NCBI RefSeq assembly: GCF_003991155.1
Contig: NZ_CP031293.1
Reading direction: 5' to 3' (one strand)
DNA from: Escherichia coli
Lineage (GTDB): Bacteria; Pseudomonadota; Gammaproteobacteria; Enterobacterales; Enterobacteriaceae
Length of the DNA stretch: 64,000 nucleotides
Numbering within the stretch: the stretch's first letter is position 1; the number at the start of each line of letters is the position of its first letter. The notes beneath the pieces are model-generated. The model saw only the letters and a program-made list of their open reading frames with translations, made no database searches and was not told the DNA's origin. The translations under genes were made by a program, and so were the position numbers. This document shows positions 53,952-64,000 of the stretch, piece after piece.

Positions 53952-54665
53952 ATGAGTGAGAGTGCGTTATTGACCAGCGTAACGTTATCGTCACAGGTCA
54001 AAAATCATATTCTTAATCTGATCGCCGAACAAAAATTGACACCGGGGATGCCAGTTCCCAGTGAAATTCAGTTGATTCAGAAATTGGGCGTCAGTCGGGG
54101 TATTGTGCGTGAGGCCTATCGTTCACTTGCCGCCCTGGGGATTCTGGAAACGCACAGCGGTAAAGTGCCACGGATCAAAAAATTTGATGATGAAGTGCTG
54201 CGCGTGGTGTTTGGATTTGCCCTGGCGACCGAACAAGTAACAACAGAGCAAATTCTTCAAGTACGTCGCTGGCTAGAGTTGGGCGTTGTGGAAGCTGCTG
54301 CCCGTAATGGCGGAGAAGAAGATTTTGCTAACCTACGGGCTGAAATGGCAAAAATCCGCGAACAGTTCGATGATGTCGAAAGCTTTATCACCCATGACAT
54401 CCGCTTCCATCAGTTACTCGCCGTTGCCTCAAAAAATCCGCTTTTTATGATGTTATTGCAGGCATTACATCAGCAATTGCGGCAATCCATCCAGGAGGGA
54501 TTAAACGCCCAAAGCGATCAGAAAGAGTATGGCAATCACATCATCACACTACACCAGAAAATCTGCGACGCTGTGTGTGCCAGAGATGTCGAAACGGCGA
54601 CTCAAGCCATGAAATCACACTTCGACAGCCCGGTCAGTGCACTGATCAATAATTCCTCGCCATAA
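53952..54665 (+). CDS. GntR-family transcriptional regulator (FadR/FCD subfamily)
   Basis: 237-aa ORF with N-terminal GntR wHTH (...LIQKLGVSRGIVREAYRSLAALGILE...) and helical C-terminal FCD-like domain; divergent from the catabolic operon; AGGAG SD. Confidence 0.85.
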   Translation: MSESALLTSVTLSSQVKNHILNLIAEQKLTPGMPVPSEIQLIQKLGVSRGIVREAYRSLAALGILETHSGKVPRIKKFDDEVLRVVFGFALATEQVTTEQILQVRRWLELGVVEAAARNGGEEDFANLRAEMAKIREQFDDVESFITHDIRFHQLLAVASKNPLFMMLLQALHQQLRQSIQEGLNAQSDQKEYGNHIITLHQKICDAVCARDVETATQAMKSHFDSPVSALINNSSP

Positions 54666-54844
54666 GACTTATTTCAGTTCAATCGTTTACTCTTCCCTCT
54701 TTTACAAATGAGAGGGAGACAACGGTACTTAATACGCCCTTTAGCCAAAATCTGTCTTTTTCTTGATTACCGCTATTTTTTCGTTGAGGCGCATTCTTTA
54801 TGCTGTATCGATACACCAAAGGTAAGTTAAACAGGGAGTGACGG

Positions 54845-55891
54845 ATGCCAGTTTTGCAGTGGGGAATGTTATGTGTTCTGTCACTTCTCCTTTCTATTGG
54901 CTTCCTCGCTTTACATCTCCCGGCGGCACTCCTGCTTGGCCCGATGCTCGCCGGGATCATCTTCAGTATGCGCGGGGTTACCCTGCAACTCCCCCGCTCC
55001 GCTTTTCTCGCCGCGCAGGCCATTCTTGGCTGCATGATTGCGCAAAACCTGACCGGTTCGATCCTGACCACGCTAGCGGTGAACTGGCCGATAGTGTTAG
55101 CCATTTTACTGGTGACGCTGCTTTCCAGCGCCATCGTGGATTGGTTATTGGTGCGCTATAGCTCACTGCCTGGAAATACCGGTGCCTGGGGTTCTTCTCC
55201 TGGCGGCGCGGCGGCAATGGTCGCTATGGCGCAAGATTACGGCGCAGATATTCGCCTGGTGGCGTTTATGCAATATCTGCGAGTGCTGTTCGTCGCGGGG
55301 GCCGCTGTTCTGGTCACCCGCATGATGCTGGGCGATAACGCTGAAGCGGTTAACCAGCAGATCGTCTGGTTCCCGCCAGTGAGCATTAATCTCCTGCTTA
55401 CGATTTTGCTCGCGGTCGTTGCCGGTACGGCGGGATGCTTGCTACGTCTTCCTTCCGGCACGATGCTCATCCCGATGCTGGGGGGCGCAGTGCTCCAGTC
55501 TGGTCAGCTCATCACGATTGAACTCCCGGAATGGCTGCTGGCGATGGCATATATGGCAATTGGCTGGCGGATTGGTCTTGGTTTCGATAAGCAAATATTA
55601 CTGCGGGCATTGCGCCCACTGCCACAAATCCTGCTGTCGATTTTTGCTCTGCTGGCTATTTGTGCGGGTATGGCGTGGGGACTGACCCGGTTTATGCATA
55701 TTGATTTTATGACTGCCTACCTCGCCACCAGTCCCGGCGGGCTTGATACCGTGGCGGTCATCGCCGCAGGGAGCAATGCCGATATGGCGCTCATTATGGC
55801 GATGCAAACCCTGCGCCTGTTCAGTATTTTGCTGACGGGACCTGCCATTGCGCGGTTTATTTCAACCTATGCGCCGAAACGTACGGCCTAG
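54845..55891 (+). CDS. abrB: AbrB-family putative transporter (YbgN)
   Basis: 348-aa polytopic membrane protein matching E. coli AbrB by recall and by position next to nei. Confidence 0.85.
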   Translation: MPVLQWGMLCVLSLLLSIGFLALHLPAALLLGPMLAGIIFSMRGVTLQLPRSAFLAAQAILGCMIAQNLTGSILTTLAVNWPIVLAILLVTLLSSAIVDWLLVRYSSLPGNTGAWGSSPGGAAAMVAMAQDYGADIRLVAFMQYLRVLFVAGAAVLVTRMMLGDNAEAVNQQIVWFPPVSINLLLTILLAVVAGTAGCLLRLPSGTMLIPMLGGAVLQSGQLITIELPEWLLAMAYMAIGWRIGLGFDKQILLRALRPLPQILLSIFALLAICAGMAWGLTRFMHIDFMTAYLATSPGGLDTVAVIAAGSNADMALIMAMQTLRLFSILLTGPAIARFISTYAPKRTA

Positions 55892-56679
55892 TGCTGACAG
55901 CCAGGGCACCAGTAAAACGGGCGAGATGACAGCGTGGTTTTCTCAATGATGCCGCCACAGCGTTCGCACGGTTCGCCATCACGATGAAAAACCTTAAAGC
56001 GAAACAGCGCCCCATGATATTTGTTTTCATCCACCTGCCCCCGCGTAGCGTAAGAAAGTCGCGGAATATCCAGTAACGCGTGTGCGAGTGCGTCCAGTTG
56101 CGCCGCATTGAGATCTTTCGCTTTATGATTTCCGGTCAACCCAACCTGCCAGAGGATCTCCACCCGCAAATAATTGCCAAGTCCTGCCAGAAACGCCTGA
56201 TCGAGTAGTAATCCAGCAAACTGACGGTTACGAAAGCGCGGTGACAATAATCGTTCCTTTACCACCTCTGGCGTCAGATTCGGATCCAGCACATCGGGAC
56301 CAACGCGTTGTAAAAACGGATGCGTGGTCAGTTGTTCCGGGGTCAACATCTCAATATCCGAGGCGCTATAAAGCAGAATGGTTTTGTCAACCGTTTGCAG
56401 TTTTACCCGCAATACTCGCGTGGTCTGCGGCTCTTCGCCGGTATCAACCACGCGCCAGACGCCGTAAAGCTGATTATGGCTGTAGAGCGTTAATTCGTTG
56501 GAAAAATGAGTTAACAACGCCTTACCACGCGTTTCCACATGGGTAACGTGTTGACCGATAAGTTGTGATTGATAAGATTTTAACTGCGGGAAGGCAAACC
56601 AGACATCAGTTAGTGGTTTGCCTTTGATCGCCGCCTCCAGGTTATCCGCTGCACGGCGGATCTCCGGGCCTTCAGGCAT
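55888..56679 (-). CDS. nei: Endonuclease VIII (DNA glycosylase/AP lyase)
   Basis: 263-aa ORF starting [15 protein letters not shown] with a C-terminal zinc finger ([25 protein letters not shown]). Confidence 0.95.
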   Translation of the reverse strand: MPEGPEIRRAADNLEAAIKGKPLTDVWFAFPQLKSYQSQLIGQHVTHVETRGKALLTHFSNELTLYSHNQLYGVWRVVDTGEEPQTTRVLRVKLQTVDKTILLYSASDIEMLTPEQLTTHPFLQRVGPDVLDPNLTPEVVKERLLSPRFRNRQFAGLLLDQAFLAGLGNYLRVEILWQVGLTGNHKAKDLNAAQLDALAHALLDIPRLSYATRGQVDENKYHGALFRFKVFHRDGEPCERCGGIIEKTTLSSRPFYWCPGCQH

Positions 56680-56714
56680 GGTGATATCCTTTTTTCATTC
56701 TTTATTAAGCGGGG

Positions 56715-57449
56715 TTATGCTGCGACAACAATCCCCTTTTCGGCAAATGTAGAGCGTAGTCGGCGGGCGAACGCCAGTGCGTGCTCGCCATCGCCATGCA
56801 GGCAGACCGTTTGCGCCGTGACCGTTGCCCATTCGCCGGTGATACTTTTGACTCTGCCGTGTTGCACCATCTCCAGCGTTTGCGCCAGCGCCTGTTCTTC
56901 GTTTTCAATCAACGCGCCTGGCTGGCTTCGCGGCACCAGCGAACCGTCTGCCTGATAACCGCGATCGGCAAACACTTCCTCGCGCGTTGTCAGGCCATAT
57001 TGCTTGCCTGCACGAATCAGCTCGCTTCCCGCCAGCCCGACGAGAATCAATGCCGGATCGCAAGCGTATACCGCTCTGGCGATGGCGTCTGCCAGTTGTG
57101 CCTCTTTCGCCGCCTGGTTGTATAACATGCCGTGCGGTTTGACATGACGCATTACACCGCCTTGCGCACGGGCAATCGCTGCCAGCGCGCCAATTTGATA
57201 CAGCGTCTGGGCGAAAGCGGTTTCTGGCGGCAGCTGCATGGCGCTGCGACCAAAATTTTCCCTGTCGGGAAAACTCGGGTGAGCGCCAATCGCGACACCA
57301 TTTTTTATTGCTTCACGCACGCAAGCCTGCATGGTTTGCGCATCGCCTGCATGAAATCCACAGGCAATATTGGCAGAGGAAACCAGCGTTAATAGCTCTG
57401 CGTCGCTGGCATAGCCTTCGCCCAGATCAGCGTTCAGGTCAATTTTCAT
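56715..57449 (-). CDS. pxpA: 5-Oxoprolinase subunit A (LamB/YcsF family)
   Basis: 244-aa ORF starting [12 protein letters not shown], matching E. coli YbgL/PxpA. Confidence 0.9.
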   Translation of the reverse strand: MKIDLNADLGEGYASDAELLTLVSSANIACGFHAGDAQTMQACVREAIKNGVAIGAHPSFPDRENFGRSAMQLPPETAFAQTLYQIGALAAIARAQGGVMRHVKPHGMLYNQAAKEAQLADAIARAVYACDPALILVGLAGSELIRAGKQYGLTTREEVFADRGYQADGSLVPRSQPGALIENEEQALAQTLEMVQHGRVKSITGEWATVTAQTVCLHGDGEHALAFARRLRSTFAEKGIVVAA

Positions 57450-58371
57450 TGTGCAGCCGCCACGCTAATTGTTCGAAATAACGTTGCTGATCTTGCCGTG
57501 CTTTAAGTGCCTCTTCCAGTGAACACTGGACAAAATGAATCGGCTGACCGAGCGGAATTTGCGCCAGATGGTACATATCAGCCTCGATGATACAGGCAAT
57601 ACGCGGATAACCACCGGTGGTCTGTGCGTCGTTCATCAACACAATGGGCTGCCCGTTATGCGGCACCTGCACCACGCCCGGTAACAAACCGTGAGATAAC
57701 AGTTCGCGATCGGTGGTACGTTTTAAAATTTGCCCCTGTAAGCGATAGCCCATTCGGTTACTTTGCGGGCTAAGCTGCCAGGGCGAACGCCAGAATGCAT
57801 CCTGCGAGGCGCGATCGAACTCATGATATTCCGGCCCCGGCAAGGCGCGAATGCGGTTGCCCCACAGCAGCTGTTTAACGCCCTGCGCTTCCATAAAATC
57901 ACGCTTCGATTTGCCAATCGGGAGTCGGTCACCATCCTTCAGTAAACGGCCTTCCAGCCCGCCAATCCCCACTTTGAGATCGGTGCTGCATGACCCCATT
58001 ACCGGCGGAACGTCAATACCACCCGCGACCGCCAGATAACTGCGCATCCCGTGCTGCGGGCGTTTAAGCGTTAAACGCTGGCCTGCTTTCATCGGCAATC
58101 GCCAGCCGGTCCAGACGGCGTTATCATCCAGCCGCGCTTCGCAACCGGCCCCCGTCAGAGCAAACCACCCATCAGTTTCGAACTCAACCGTTAACTGACC
58201 GAGCGTGATCTCCAGCGCGGGGGCATTGGCGTCATTACCCACCAGTAGGTTAGCAATGCGTAACGCGGGCATATCCAGTGCGCCGCAGTGGCTGATACCC
58301 GACTGGCGAAAACCGTGACGACCGCCATCCTGCACAGTGGTATACATGCCCGCACGAATAATCTTCAGCAT
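57439..58371 (-). CDS. pxpC: 5-Oxoprolinase subunit C (allophanate hydrolase subunit 2-like)
   Basis: 310-aa ORF matching E. coli YbgK/PxpC by size and position. Confidence 0.9.
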   Translation of the reverse strand: MLKIIRAGMYTTVQDGGRHGFRQSGISHCGALDMPALRIANLLVGNDANAPALEITLGQLTVEFETDGWFALTGAGCEARLDDNAVWTGWRLPMKAGQRLTLKRPQHGMRSYLAVAGGIDVPPVMGSCSTDLKVGIGGLEGRLLKDGDRLPIGKSKRDFMEAQGVKQLLWGNRIRALPGPEYHEFDRASQDAFWRSPWQLSPQSNRMGYRLQGQILKRTTDRELLSHGLLPGVVQVPHNGQPIVLMNDAQTTGGYPRIACIIEADMYHLAQIPLGQPIHFVQCSLEEALKARQDQQRYFEQLAWRLHNEN

Positions 58372-59021
58372 ACTCCCTCCTTTTGCGGTACAAAGCGCAC
58401 GCTGTCTCCCGGACGTAATAAGATGGGTTCGCCACGCGCCGGATCAAACAGGCTGAGTGAGGTATGACCAATCAACTGCCAGCCACCCGGCGTTGCCAGC
58501 GGATAAACACCAGTCTGCGGCCCGCCGATCCCGACAGAACCTGCCGGAACGAGCAAGCGCGGTTCAGCGCGCCGTGGCGTGTGTAGTTGTTCCGGCAAAC
58601 TCCCGAGATACGGGAAGCCCGGTTGAAAACCTAAAAACCAGACCACGTATTCCACGGAGGAGTGCAATTCAACAACCTGTTTTTCGCTCAACCCGCAATG
58701 CGCCGCGACCACCGCCAAATCCGGTCCGCCTGCACCACCGTAAACCACCGGAATTTCAATAAAGCGAGACTCCGGCTCCAGCGCCTCACTCTCCTCCCAC
58801 CAGCGTTGCAAACGCTCTATGGCATCCAGCGCCAGCGACTCAGGATTACGTAAAATCACCGTGATATTGTTCATCCCCGGTATCGCTTCAACCACATTTG
58901 GCATATCCACCAGACGCTGCGCCAGTCGCCAGATCCGTTTCTGGCTAGCCAGCGTCACCGGCGGTTCCAGCTCCAGCACTACCGCCGTTTCACCTATCAG
59001 ATAACAACGCGCTCGTTGCAC
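58365..59021 (-). CDS. pxpB: 5-Oxoprolinase subunit B (allophanate hydrolase subunit 1-like)
   Basis: 218-aa ORF matching E. coli YbgJ/PxpB by size and position. Confidence 0.9.
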   Translation of the reverse strand: MQRARCYLIGETAVVLELEPPVTLASQKRIWRLAQRLVDMPNVVEAIPGMNNITVILRNPESLALDAIERLQRWWEESEALEPESRFIEIPVVYGGAGGPDLAVVAAHCGLSEKQVVELHSSVEYVVWFLGFQPGFPYLGSLPEQLHTPRRAEPRLLVPAGSVGIGGPQTGVYPLATPGGWQLIGHTSLSLFDPARGEPILLRPGDSVRFVPQKEGVC

Positions 59022-59043
59022 TTTCGATCCCTCTGATTATTCG

Positions 59044-59787
59044 TTATGCAGGATTAGGAATATCAATAAAGGTCACATCAAGATCGGTATTTTCATTCAG
59101 CCACTCGCTCAACGCGCGAATACCACCGCGTTCAGTGGCATGGTGACCCGCAGCATAAAAATGCAATCCCTGCTCGCGGGCTGAATGAATGGTCTGTTCA
59201 GAAACTTCGCCAGTAATAAAAGCATCCACGCCAAAACGCGCGGCGCTATCGATAAAACTTTGCCCGCCCCCCGTGCACCAGGCGACGCGCTGGACCACCT
59301 CAGGTCCGGTATCGCCACACCATAACGGCTTACGTCCCAGACGCGCTTCAATCCAGGAGGCCAGTTCCAGTCCCGGCACAGGCATGGTCAGTTCGCCCCA
59401 CGGCACCAACGGCTCAATATCGCCCATGACCGTGATCCCCAGTAACGCCGCCAGCTGTGCGTTATTGCCCAGCTCAGGATGTGCGTCAAGCGGCAAATGC
59501 CAGCCATACAGGTTGATATCATTTGCCAGCAACGTTTTTAAACGGTTACGCTTCATGCCGCGAATGACCGGGGATTCACCTTTCCAGAAGTAGCCATGAT
59601 GCACAATGACCGCATCCGCGCCCAGACGCACCGCTTCATCGAGCAAAGCCTGGCTGGCGGTGACACCGGTAACAATTTTTTGCACCGTCTCTTTGCCTTC
59701 CACCTGCAAACCATTCGGCGCGTAATCACTAATCGCCGCGCTGTTCAGTTTTTCGTTAATCAGTTGTTCCAGTTCGGTGTTTTTCAT
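59044..59787 (-). CDS. ybgI: Nif3-family metal-binding protein (GTP cyclohydrolase 1 type 2 homologue)
   Basis: 247-aa ORF matching E. coli YbgI. Confidence 0.9.
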   Translation of the reverse strand: MKNTELEQLINEKLNSAAISDYAPNGLQVEGKETVQKIVTGVTASQALLDEAVRLGADAVIVHHGYFWKGESPVIRGMKRNRLKTLLANDINLYGWHLPLDAHPELGNNAQLAALLGITVMGDIEPLVPWGELTMPVPGLELASWIEARLGRKPLWCGDTGPEVVQRVAWCTGGGQSFIDSAARFGVDAFITGEVSEQTIHSAREQGLHFYAAGHHATERGGIRALSEWLNENTDLDVTFIDIPNPA

Positions 59788-59874
59788 CTTCGCGCCTTCC
59801 GTATTCTGATAGCTACACCGTTAACATAGCGTTACCTCGCCTGTTCGTCGATAGCCAATCTTTTGACATATTAA

Positions 59875-61539
<1,665 letters not shown>

Positions 61540-61581
61540 CAGGCCAGCACCGATGCCTGATAAGACGCTCGCTGCGTTTTA

Positions 61582-63000
61582 TCAGGCTCCTTTCCTCGCT
61601 TCTTCGTACGCTGCCAGCGTTCGCAGCCTTGCCTCTTTGTGATCAACTATCGGTTGCGGATAATCCAGCGTCACACCTGCTTTCTGCGCCCACTTCCACG
61701 GCTCATGCACCACTTTCCCTGGCACATCGCGCAGCTCCGGGAGCCACTGGCGGATAAATTCGCCTTCGCGGTCAAATTTCTCACCCTGAGTTGTCGGGTT
61801 GAAAATACGAAAATACGGCGCTGCATCGGTTCCGGTTGAAGCGGCCCACTGCCAGCCACCGTTATTGGCTGCCAAATCACCATCAATCAGCTGCGACATG
61901 AAATATCGCTCACCTTCGCGCCAGTCGATCAATAAATCTTTCACCAAAAAACTGGCTGTAATCATCCGTAGCCGGTTATGCATCCAGCCAGTGCTGTTAA
62001 GCTGACGCATGGCAGCATCAACAATCGGGTATCCCGTTTTGCCTTCCTGCCAGGCCTTTAAATGCGCGGAATTGCTCTGCCACTGCACGCGGTCGGTCCA
62101 GACAATAAACGGACGATGTTTACACAGCGAGGGGTAATACGTTATCAGATGACGGTAAAACTCGCGCCAGATCAGCTCATTAAGCCAGATACTACCGGCC
62201 CCACCGTCCAGCGCCTGCGGCTGTTCCGCCAACAGGCGATGCAAACACTGGCGAGGCGATAACCCGCCCGTTGCCAGGCTGGCGGACAAACGGCTGGTGC
62301 CTTCTACCGCAGGGAAATCTCGCTGTTGCTCATACTCTCCGGCACCGTTCTGGCAAAACTGGCGTAATTGCGCAATCGCCGCTTTCTCTTCCACCGGGAA
62401 ATGCGCAGTATCGAAAGGCTGACGAGGATAATTCAGCGTAATGGATGGCGCGGGCTTTATCGATCCGCTACTACGAACTTTTGGTGCAGCGACGCACTCC
62501 GGCATCCCTTCCCGCAGCCGTTTCAGCCAGGCATTTTGAAAAGGCGTAAAGACTTTGTACATCTCATGATTGCCAGTCATCACCGCCCCCGGCGGCAGGA
62601 TCACGCTGTCGTCAAATCCTTCACACACCACGTTACGCAGCGTTCTCTCAACCTGCACATCCCGCGCCCGCTCATTCACCTCATACTGATAGTTATAAAA
62701 CAGATGGGTAACACGATTTTCCGCGCACACCTGTTTAACTATTTCGACGCTGGCGGCAAAGTCATCCACTTCATGAAACAGTAAAGGAATGCCTTTTTCC
62801 GCCAGCGCAATTTGTAGCCCATTCAGTTGAGCATTGATAAGTTCAGCCTGACGCGGCGACATGTTATGCGCCGCCCACTGGCGTGGTGTAGCGATATACA
62901 ACGCCAGCACGCGCGCAGACGAATTGCGGCAGGCGGCAGCCAGCGCGAGATTATCATGCTGACGTAAATCCTGGCGAAACCAGACCAGATGGGTAGTCAT
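61582..63000 (-). CDS. phr: Deoxyribodipyrimidine photolyase
   Basis: 472-aa ORF matching E. coli Phr (MTTHLVWFRQDLR...). Confidence 0.95.
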   Translation of the reverse strand: MTTHLVWFRQDLRQHDNLALAAACRNSSARVLALYIATPRQWAAHNMSPRQAELINAQLNGLQIALAEKGIPLLFHEVDDFAASVEIVKQVCAENRVTHLFYNYQYEVNERARDVQVERTLRNVVCEGFDDSVILPPGAVMTGNHEMYKVFTPFQNAWLKRLREGMPECVAAPKVRSSGSIKPAPSITLNYPRQPFDTAHFPVEEKAAIAQLRQFCQNGAGEYEQQRDFPAVEGTSRLSASLATGGLSPRQCLHRLLAEQPQALDGGAGSIWLNELIWREFYRHLITYYPSLCKHRPFIVWTDRVQWQSNSAHLKAWQEGKTGYPIVDAAMRQLNSTGWMHNRLRMITASFLVKDLLIDWREGERYFMSQLIDGDLAANNGGWQWAASTGTDAAPYFRIFNPTTQGEKFDREGEFIRQWLPELRDVPGKVVHEPWKWAQKAGVTLDYPQPIVDHKEARLRTLAAYEEARKGA

Positions 63001-63506
63001 AAAACTCCTGAATGGCGCAAGTTAATCACACGCGGCCAAAGTTCGAAATAACGCTGCCCTGAAAGCCAGGCGTCAGGATAAAGCGCCATATAGTGTTTGA
63101 TACGCATCAGCGGCGCAAGAAGCGGTTGCTCGCCACCGCGATAACTGTCGATAAGCGCCGCCAGCTGCTGGCGTTCTGTGGAATCAATATGAGGGCGAAA
63201 ATAACCCTGAACGTGCATCAAAACATTGGTGTGGTCACGTCGGTTGGCGGGGTGAGAAAGCAAAACAACTACGCGTTGGCGGTACTGGTTGTAATAGTCA
63301 TCCAGATTTTGCCACTGGTGAATATCAGCCACGAACGGGCCAAGTTTGCGGTACTCGGGCTGGGAATGGGCCAGAAAGACGAGTTTATAGCGGCTGTGAT
63401 AATCGTTGAGTGCCCCGCGCGTTAGTCCTCGATCTTTGAGATTGTGTAACTCATGCAAAGCAAAAATGCGGATAAGGGTGCTGTCATCAAAAAGTTGTTG
63501 ATTCAT
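62997..63506 (-). CDS. ybgA: DUF1722-family protein YbgA (co-transcribed with phr)
   Basis: 169-aa ORF whose stop overlaps the phr start (ATGA), as in the E. coli ybgA-phr operon. Confidence 0.85.
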   Translation of the reverse strand: MNQQLFDDSTLIRIFALHELHNLKDRGLTRGALNDYHSRYKLVFLAHSQPEYRKLGPFVADIHQWQNLDDYYNQYRQRVVVLLSHPANRRDHTNVLMHVQGYFRPHIDSTERQQLAALIDSYRGGEQPLLAPLMRIKHYMALYPDAWLSGQRYFELWPRVINLRHSGVL

Positions 63507-63606
63507 TACTGCTCCTGAACGGTTTACAGGAGTAAGTGTAGACGCCGAAAAAAGAAAACCGCCAGCGTTTCCACCGGCGGTTTTCTTTAAACGTCATGTT
63601 TGGCAA

Positions 63607-63813
63607 TCAGTAAAAATCACCGGTTGCCTTTTCGGCCTGATCCATCCACACCGGTTTATCGCTGGTTTTCGACCAGACGCGGTGCAGGTAGCTGTAAAAG
63701 CGGGCGCGGTCTTTCCAGAAAAGCATGAAAGGCAGCGCCAGAACGCCCGCTGCAACCGCATAAGTACGGCGTAAAAAGATAAGCCATGCAGGATATTCTC
63801 TGTAGAGTTCCAT
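63607..63813 (-). CDS. ybfA: Small membrane protein YbfA-like (68 aa)
   Basis: 68-aa [38 protein letters not shown]... consistent with E. coli YbfA by recall. Confidence 0.65.
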
Positions 63814-64000
63814 ACTTTTCTCCCCCTTTTGTATCTACCCGGTGAATGGCACCGGAAAAATGAATTTGTTTATCTGATGAAAATAGTACCGCCTTTTGTG
63901 TAATTTTACTACTCATCCGACCACTTATTTTTGTTTATTGATGGTTTATTTACATTCACTGTGTAATTAAGTTACACAAAAGTTAAATTAATACTAAACA

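Noticed and set aside
54700-54722. Inverted repeat (tccctct / agaggga) after the GntR gene as an intrinsic terminator
   Set aside because: Short stem with no following T-run; too weak to call with confidence.

Overview
Enterobacterial (Escherichia-like) chromosomal window whose backbone is the well-known nadA / Lys-Val tRNA cluster / cpoB-pal-tolBARQ-ybgC / ybgE-cydXBA ... sucDCBA-sdhBADC / gltA ... abrB-nei-pxpACB-ybgI-dtpD-phr-ybgA-ybfA region, in reverse orientation relative to the usual E. coli K-12 map. Two accessory blocks interrupt it. (1) About 24 kb between cydA and sucD (11.2-35.1 kb), where K-12 carries mngR-mngAB: an AT-rich two-gene module of unknown function, a B12-dependent glutamate mutase / methylaspartate ammonia-lyase / mesaconase (FumD-type class I fumarase) operon with its own corrinoid adenosyltransferase and a glutamate-type symporter, a LysR regulator, an atypical hut cluster (hutU, NCS1 permease, hutD, hutI, hutG, plus a signal-peptide-bearing histidine-ammonia-lyase homologue whose MIO-forming Ala-Ser-Gly motif appears degenerate), and an orphan RtcB-family RNA ligase paralogue. 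(2) About 8 kb between gltA and abrB (46.9-54.7 kb), where K-12 carries the ybgOPQD fimbrial operon: a GntR regulator divergent from an operon of RraA-like aldolase, two dehydrogenases, a split UxaA/SuyAB-type dehydratase and a TRAP transporter. No integrase, IS element or CRISPR array was seen. Best candidates for undescribed biology: the AT-rich two-gene module, the secreted MIO-less HAL homologue, the two unassigned genes coupled to mal, and the orphan RtcB. All family assignments are from reading the translations by eye against remembered sequences; no searches were run.
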